NCBI GenBank assembly: GCA_963662715.1 | Contig: OY759724.1 | Location: forward strand, 2,100,001 to 2,132,000 | Direction of reading: 5' to 3' | DNA: 32,000 nt | Source of the DNA: Candidatus Omnitrophota bacterium | GTDB lineage: Bacteria; Omnitrophota; Gorgyraeia; Zapsychrales; JANLHA01 | In this document: piece after piece, positions 26,582 to 32,000 of the stretch | Layout: every line of letters begins with the position of its first letter | How positions within the stretch are numbered: position 1 is the stretch's first letter | The notes under the pieces: generated by a model | Told to the model about the DNA's origin: nothing | Seen by the model: only the letters and a program-made list of their open reading frames with translations | The model's database searches: none | Position numbers and translations under genes: made by a program

Positions 26582-27414
26582 TGACTCAGTCAGAAAAAGA
26601 TTTTATTAAGAATATTATTGAAGCGTTGCTGTTTATCAGTGAAAAACCCGTGTCGTTGGAACAGATCCGTGCGGTGATGGAAGAGGTGTCGCCCGCGGAT
26701 ATCCGCCGGAAGATTCTGGAATTAAAAGATGAATATGAAAGTGGCATGCGGGGTATCGTGATTATGGAGATCGCCGGCGGATATCAAATGTTAAGCAGCC
26801 CGCATTATACGGATGCTATCCGTCGGTTCTTTAAAAAAAGAGTTAAAGAGAAATTGTCCAGACCCGCTTTGGAGACTTTGGCGATTATTGCTTATAAACA
26901 GCCCGTGTCCCGGGCTGATATTGAAGTCATCAGGGGCGTAAATTCGGATGGGGTCGTGGCCCATCTTCTTAACAAGGGGCTCATTAAGGTTGTGGGGCGC
27001 AAAGAACTCCCGGGCAAGCCTTACATCTATGGCACAACAAAACAGTTTCTTGAATATTTTGGTTTGAAGTCCTTGCGTGACCTGCCTAAACTGGAAGATT
27101 TCCCCACGTTATTTGCCAGCAGCGGCGAGACGGGGCATGCGACACCGGAAGAAGGCTCCCGGGATGTTGAGCCGGATGCTGCTGCCGCACAAGATATCCC
27201 TGATGAAGAGGGCGTTGAAGGCCAGGAGGCGGTTGCCTCTGTGGAGGATGTTTCTGAAGGCGTTTCGGAGGACAAGGAGGAATCCCGGAATTTTGCCTCC
27301 CCTGTGCCGGATGCTTCAAGGGAGGAAAGCCAGGAGTCCCTGCCGCTGGAAGGGGTTGAAGCGAATATGCCTGAGGGTGAACCTGTTATGAGTAACGAAA
27401 GAGAACATTTATGA
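26581..27414 (+). CDS. scpB: Segregation and condensation protein B with long acidic C-terminal extension
   Basis: IIEALLFISEKPVSLEQI and LETLAIIAYKQPVSRADIEVIRGV are winged-helix ScpB motifs. The ATG at 26581 shares one base with the ruvA stop. About 100 aa of Glu/Asp/Ser/Pro-rich tail follow. Confidence 0.88.
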   Translation: MTQSEKDFIKNIIEALLFISEKPVSLEQIRAVMEEVSPADIRRKILELKDEYESGMRGIVIMEIAGGYQMLSSPHYTDAIRRFFKKRVKEKLSRPALETLAIIAYKQPVSRADIEVIRGVNSDGVVAHLLNKGLIKVVGRKELPGKPYIYGTTKQFLEYFGLKSLRDLPKLEDFPTLFASSGETGHATPEEGSRDVEPDAAAAQDIPDEEGVEGQEAVASVEDVSEGVSEDKEESRNFASPVPDASREESQESLPLEGVEANMPEGEPVMSNEREHL

Positions 27415-28469
27415 GTCTAAATGAATTAAGAAAAAAGATTGATCAGATTGATGAAAAAATCGTGTCCTTGCTGAATCAGAGAGCCAAGGTCAGCAAAGCT
27501 ATCGGGCAAGAAAAAGCCAGAAGTAATAAAGGGGTGTATGCTCCTGACCGGGAAGTTAAGGTTCTTAAAAAGATACGGTCTCTTAATCAAGGTCCCATGA
27601 CTCACGAAGGGTTGGAGGCGGTTTACCGGGAGATCATGTCCAGTTCCCTTTCATTGGAAAAGAATTTGCGTATTGCCTATATGGGGCCGCAGGCGTCTTT
27701 TTCCCATCTGGCGGCGCAGCGCCGGTTCGGCTCGCAGGTCGGATATGTTCCGAGCGGAAATATTGCCGATGTCTTCCGCGCCGTGGAAAGCGGTGACTGT
27801 GATTATGGCGTTGTCCCGATAGAGAATTCAATCGAAGGAGCCGTGAATCATACGTTTGACCTGTTTGTCGAATCTGAATTAAAGATTTGTTCGCAGATTT
27901 TGTTGGAAGTGTCGCATAATCTTTTAGCGAAAATCCCGGAGAAAAATATTAGAAGAATTTATTCTAATCCGCAGGTTTTTGGCCAATGCCGCAGCTGGCT
28001 GACAGCTCATTTGCCGCAGGCAGAACTCATTGATGTCGTCTCAACGACCAGGGCGGCGCAGCTGGCGGCCAAGGAAAAGAATGCGGCATGTATCGCATCA
28101 TTAATGGCCGCTCAAGTGTATAATCTGCGTGTCCTTCATAAAGATATAGAGGACCGCGCTTATAATATTACTCGGTTTTTAGTTATTGCCCAGACGGATG
28201 TCCCTCCGACAGGAAAAGACAGGACGTCGATCCTTTTTTCGATCAAGGACCGCATGGGCGCGCTGCACGATATGTTGACTCCTTTCTTCGACAATAAGAT
28301 CAATTTGACGAAAATCGAATCTCGCCCTTCCAAAAAGAAAGCGTGGGATTATTATTTCTTTGTCGATTTTGAGGGGCACCGGGAGGAGAAGCCTGTGAAG
28401 CGGGCCTTAATGAAATTGGAAGATATGTGTAAATATTTAAAAATATTAGGTTCCTATCCTGTATCATAG
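27411..28469 (+). CDS. pheA: Bifunctional chorismate mutase / prephenate dehydratase (P-protein)
   Basis: The chorismate mutase helix reads LNELRKKIDQIDEKIVSLLNQRAKVS. The prephenate dehydratase domain reads IAYMGPQASFSHLAA...TRFLVI. An ACT domain is present with the LTKIESRPSKK motif. ATGA overlap with scpB. Confidence 0.92.
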   Translation: MSLNELRKKIDQIDEKIVSLLNQRAKVSKAIGQEKARSNKGVYAPDREVKVLKKIRSLNQGPMTHEGLEAVYREIMSSSLSLEKNLRIAYMGPQASFSHLAAQRRFGSQVGYVPSGNIADVFRAVESGDCDYGVVPIENSIEGAVNHTFDLFVESELKICSQILLEVSHNLLAKIPEKNIRRIYSNPQVFGQCRSWLTAHLPQAELIDVVSTTRAAQLAAKEKNAACIASLMAAQVYNLRVLHKDIEDRAYNITRFLVIAQTDVPPTGKDRTSILFSIKDRMGALHDMLTPFFDNKINLTKIESRPSKKKAWDYYFFVDFEGHREEKPVKRALMKLEDMCKYLKILGSYPVS

Positions 28470-28471
28470 CT

Positions 28472-29560
28472 ATGAAAGTATTACCTCGTGTTTTAACAGT
28501 CAAGCCTTATCAGCCGGGGCGCCCTATAGATGAAGTCAAACGTGAACTGGGCCTGAAGTCGGTGATCAAACTGGCTTCGAATGAAAGTCCTTACGCCCCT
28601 TCTCCTAAAGTGTTGGCAGCCATTTCCAAAGAAGCCGGGGCAATTAACCGTTATCCGGATAGCGGCTGTTATACCCTGCGGCGGGCTCTTTCTGCGGAGC
28701 TGTCGTGTCATGAAAACCAGTTGATTTTCGGGAACGGTTCGGATGAGATCATTGTCGCGGCCATTCGTGCCTTTGTCGGGGAAGGCGATGAGGTTGTGGT
28801 GGCCCACCCCTCATTTCTTATTTATACCATTGCCACTCAGGTCGTAGGGGGAAAGGTTCAGGCTGTCCCGGTAAAGGATTTCCGCTACGATCTTTCGGGG
28901 ATGGCCCAAGCGGTCTCCGACAGGACGAAGATTGTTTTCCTGGCCAATCCGGATAATCCGGCCGGCACGTATATTTCTACCGGGGATTTGGAACGCTTCC
29001 TTTCCTGTCTCCCTTCGGATATTGTTGTTTTTTTAGATGAAGCTTATCACGAATTTGTGGCCGACAGGAAGGATTATCCGAATTCCAAGGAGTTGCTGAA
29101 GAAATATCCTCAGCTGATTATTTCAAGGACATTTTCCAAACTGTACGGCTTGGCCGGGTTGCGGATCGGGTACGGTCTGGCCCGTCCGGAAATGATAGAC
29201 ATCCTTAAACGGGTTTGCGAACCTTTTAACGTCAACTCTCTGGCTCAGGCGGCGGCTTTAGCCTGTTTAAAGGATAAGCCTTATTATCGACGCATTGCCA
29301 GGGAGATCGAAGCTCAGCGTGAATTTATCTTTCAGTGCCTGGAGTCCTGGGGCATCGGATTTGTGCGAACGTGTACGAATTTTGTGCTTATTCTTGTGCC
29401 GGGAAAGGGAAGGGACTACTGTCGGGGACTATTGGAAAAGGGGATTATTGTCCGGGATATGAGTGGTTGGGGTTTGGACCATTATATCCGGGTGACCATC
29501 GGAACCCCGAAAGAGAACAAGCGCTTTTTATCCGTTTTTAAAACCATGATAAAAAGATAA
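28472..29560 (+). CDS. hisC: Histidinol-phosphate / aromatic aminotransferase (HisC family, class II)
   Basis: LASNESPY and the PLP-lysine motif [18 protein letters not shown]. Its position inside an aromatic amino-acid cluster suggests a role in Phe/Tyr synthesis. Confidence 0.88.
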   Translation: MKVLPRVLTVKPYQPGRPIDEVKRELGLKSVIKLASNESPYAPSPKVLAAISKEAGAINRYPDSGCYTLRRALSAELSCHENQLIFGNGSDEIIVAAIRAFVGEGDEVVVAHPSFLIYTIATQVVGGKVQAVPVKDFRYDLSGMAQAVSDRTKIVFLANPDNPAGTYISTGDLERFLSCLPSDIVVFLDEAYHEFVADRKDYPNSKELLKKYPQLIISRTFSKLYGLAGLRIGYGLARPEMIDILKRVCEPFNVNSLAQAAALACLKDKPYYRRIAREIEAQREFIFQCLESWGIGFVRTCTNFVLILVPGKGRDYCRGLLEKGIIVRDMSGWGLDHYIRVTIGTPKENKRFLSVFKTMIKR

Positions 29561-29615
29561 TTATTTAAAGGATAAAACCAGGATAGCTTTGCGGAAAAAT
29601 CCTGAAGGGGGATTT

Positions 29616-30632
29616 ATGATTATTATTTGTAAACCGGATGCCACAGAAGAACAGCTGCATCATATTATTGAAAAAGCGGAAAAATTAGGGCTCAAAGTTC
29701 ATGTCTCCAAGGGCGTAGAGCGAACAGTCCTGGGATTTATCGGCCCGGAAGACGTTTTGCGCGTGATTCCCTTGGAAGTTTTTCCGGGAGTTGACCAGGT
29801 TTTGCCGGTACTGGTCCCGTATAAACTTGTATCCCGGGAATTTCAAAAAGAGGATTCAATCATTCGGATTAATGAAACGGTGCAGGTCGGGGGCGAAAAG
29901 ATTACCGTCATAGCCGGGCCGTGTTCTGTGGAAAGTTACGATGCCTTGCTGTCTGTGGCCGAGAAAGTCAAAGCATCGGGAGCAACGGTTCTCCGGGGAG
30001 GGGCGTTCAAGCCCCGCACGTCCCCTTATGATTTTCAAGGGCTGGGAGAAGAAGGGTTGAAGTATCTTAAAGACGTCAGTGAAGCCGTAGGATTGGCGAC
30101 GATTACGGAGGTCATGGATCCGCGTCATGTCGACCTTGTTGCCCGGTATGTGGATGTCCTGCAGATTGGAGCAAGAAATATGCAGAATTATAGCTTGCTG
30201 CAGGAAGTCGGGAATACCAAGAAACCGGTCATGTTAAAACGCGGAATGAGCGCGACGATTAAAGATCTTTTGATGGCGGCGGAATATATTGCGGCAAAGG
30301 GCAATTTAAATGTTATGTTGTGTGAAAGAGGTATTCGGACATTTGAAACGGCGACCAGGAACACATTTGATATTAATGCCATTCCTGTCATTAAGCAGAA
30401 GTCCCACCTACCCGTCATTGCTGACCCTAGTCACGGCACTGGCCGATGGGGTTTGGTCAGCCGGATTGCTTTAGCTGCTGTGGCGGCCGGATGCGATGCT
30501 TTGATTATTGAAGTTCATGCCAATCCTGAAGAAGCCTTGTCTGACGGCGCCCAATCCCTTACCCCGGAAAACTTTCAAGCCCTTATGTTACAGTTGCAAG
30601 CTGTCGCTAAAGCCGTAAACAGAGCGCTTTAG
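29616..30632 (+). CDS. aroF: 3-deoxy-7-phosphoheptulonate (DAHP) synthase, type I-beta with N-terminal ferredoxin-like regulatory domain
   Basis: From memory, it aligns along its whole length with the Thermotoga maritima enzyme: [12 protein letters not shown]..., [58 protein letters not shown]. The ATG at 29616 follows GAAGGGGG. Confidence 0.9.
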   Translation: MIIICKPDATEEQLHHIIEKAEKLGLKVHVSKGVERTVLGFIGPEDVLRVIPLEVFPGVDQVLPVLVPYKLVSREFQKEDSIIRINETVQVGGEKITVIAGPCSVESYDALLSVAEKVKASGATVLRGGAFKPRTSPYDFQGLGEEGLKYLKDVSEAVGLATITEVMDPRHVDLVARYVDVLQIGARNMQNYSLLQEVGNTKKPVMLKRGMSATIKDLLMAAEYIAAKGNLNVMLCERGIRTFETATRNTFDINAIPVIKQKSHLPVIADPSHGTGRWGLVSRIALAAVAAGCDALIIEVHANPEEALSDGAQSLTPENFQALMLQLQAVAKAVNRAL

Positions 30633-30677
30633 CATTTTCTGGTTGGATTCTTAAAGAATTAAGGGAGAAAAAGACAT

Positions 30678-31532
30678 ATGCCACTAGGATCACGTTTATT
30701 TAAAAAGGTCACCATTATTGGTGTTGGATTGATGGGCGGATCTTTGGGAAAAGCCATCAAAAAGCATAATCTTGCCAAAGAAGTCGTCGGGCTGTCTCAA
30801 CGTCAGTCAACTTTATCGACGGCAGTCAAAACCCAGGCGATTGATTATGGGACTCACGATATTAAAAAGGCCGTGCATAATGCCGACTTGGTCGTTCTCG
30901 CTACCCCGGTCAGCATTATTACAGGCATGTTGTCGATGATCGGGCCTCATTTGAAACGCAATTGTATTGTCACAGACGTGGGAAGCTCCAAAGTTTCCAT
31001 CGTTCAGGCCGCTCAGCAGTCTTTGCCGAATTATGTTAGTTTTTTGGGGTCGCATCCCCTCGCGGGATCAGAGAAAAGGGGTGTCCAGTTCTCCGACGAT
31101 GAACTGTTTAACGGGTCGCTTTGCATTATAACTCCGACCGAGCGGGGCAACCGTTCAGTCACGAACAGGGTCAAATCCTTATGGAGCCGCGTTGGATGTA
31201 AAGTGAAATTTTTATCTCCGGAGGAGCATGACCGTATCATGGCTTTTATCAGTCATCTCCCGCATGTCCTGGCCTTTTCCCTGATGAATATTATTCCGGA
31301 GGATTTATTGGAGTATGCGGCCCAGGGCTTAAAAGACACCACAAGGATTGCGGCCTCTTCTCCCCAAGTGTGGAATGATATCTGTATGGGCAATGCCCAT
31401 AATATTGTTAAACTTTTGGATGATTATGTGAAGGATTTGTCTGCTATCAGACGAGCCATTATAACGAATGATACGAAGTTCCTTTTGGACACGTTCCAGA
31501 AAGCCAAAGAAAAAAGAGATAGGATTATGTGA
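30678..31532 (+). CDS. tyrA: Prephenate dehydrogenase
   Basis: Rossmann motif VTIIGVGLMGGSLGKA, catalytic GSHPLAGSEK and DVGSSK. Confidence 0.9.
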   Translation: MPLGSRLFKKVTIIGVGLMGGSLGKAIKKHNLAKEVVGLSQRQSTLSTAVKTQAIDYGTHDIKKAVHNADLVVLATPVSIITGMLSMIGPHLKRNCIVTDVGSSKVSIVQAAQQSLPNYVSFLGSHPLAGSEKRGVQFSDDELFNGSLCIITPTERGNRSVTNRVKSLWSRVGCKVKFLSPEEHDRIMAFISHLPHVLAFSLMNIIPEDLLEYAAQGLKDTTRIAASSPQVWNDICMGNAHNIVKLLDDYVKDLSAIRRAIITNDTKFLLDTFQKAKEKRDRIM

Positions 31533-31533
31533 A

Positions 31534-32000
31534 ATGAAAGATCTTTCGGGTTTTCATGTTGTGACCATTGACGGACCGGCGGGAGCGGGAAAAAGCACTG
31601 TCGCTAAAATGCTCGCCCGGAGGCTGAATTATGCGTATCTGGACACGGGGGCCATGTACAGGGCTTTGACTCTTAAGGCGATGCGCACAGGCTGTGAATT
31701 GGCCCGGGAGGAGTCCCTGATCCAGTGCGCGCAAAAAACAACTATTGCCTTGAAGGCGGATCCGGTTAAGGGGCTGAGGGTTTTTCTGGAAGGGGAGGAT
31801 GTCTCCGATGAGATCCGTACCCTGGAAGTCACGAACAATACGTTTTATGTCGCCAGGGTTCCCGCGGTGAGAGAGATTTTGGTGGGCTGGCAAAGAGATA
31901 TCGGGAAGAAACAAAACGTTGTGGTGGAAGGAAGAGATGTGGGCACGGTTGTTTTTCCGGAGGCTTCGTTCAAATTTTATCTTGACGCGGAATTCTCCGA
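31534..32000 (+). CDS. cmk: Cytidylate kinase, 5' part (3' end lies outside the window)
   Basis: My own translation from the ATG at 31534 gives MKDLSGFHVVTIDGPAGAGKSTVAKMLARRLNYAYLDTGAMYRA, the Cmk P-loop and NMP-binding start. The frame is open to the window end. It is absent from the ORF track because it has no stop in the window. Confidence 0.88.
   Translation, partial: MKDLSGFHVVTIDGPAGAGKSTVAKMLARRLNYAYLDTGAMYRALTLKAMRTGCELAREESLIQCAQKTTIALKADPVKGLRVFLEGEDVSDEIRTLEVTNNTFYVARVPAVREILVGWQRDIGKKQNVVVEGRDVGTVVFPEASFKFYLDAEFS

Noticed and set aside
1-32000. A scan for CRISPR arrays, IS elements or transposases, integrases next to the tRNAs, toxin-antitoxin pairs, and long tandem or inverted repeats.
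   Set aside because: Nothing was found by eye. The tRNA genes are flanked by housekeeping genes with no direct repeat of a tRNA 3' end. No regularly spaced repeats were seen, and no ORF has transposase, integrase or nuclease-defence motifs.

Overview
The window reads as core bacterial chromosome with moderate GC by eye. It is densely packed and almost entirely on the + strand; only one locus, a GAF-GGDEF gene, is on the - strand. In order it encodes: the secG 3' end; a five-gene peptide/nickel-type ABC importer; a large polytopic membrane protein with C-terminal TPRs; glgC; fabV; a small excisionase-type HTH gene overlapping an orphan acyl carrier protein; smc (frame-disrupted); a GAF-GGDEF diguanylate cyclase (frame-disrupted, - strand); cvpA-like; NIF3-like; dnaG; rpoD; an orphan secreted protein; two tRNAs (CAU and Val-CAC); a COG1579 zinc-ribbon protein; RNase HI; RNase P RNA; yebC; ruvC; ruvA; scpB; pheA; hisC; a Thermotoga-type DAHP synthase; tyrA; and the cmk 5' end. 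By eye I found no CRISPR array, transposase, integrase, prophage or recognisable defence island. I also cannot support a novel multi-gene system here. Four observations deserve a second look. (1) The 5' stems of the RNase P RNA (P1-P3) lie inside the last ~22 codons of the RNase HI ORF. (2) The Smc has canonical heads, but only ~80 aa separate its coiled-coil arms where a ~150 aa hinge is expected. (3) Single-base frame disruptions hit both smc and the neighbouring GAF-GGDEF gene within 1.5 kb. (4) An HTH/ACP overlapping gene pair sits behind a near-consensus promoter. All domain calls come from motifs read by eye; no searches were run.
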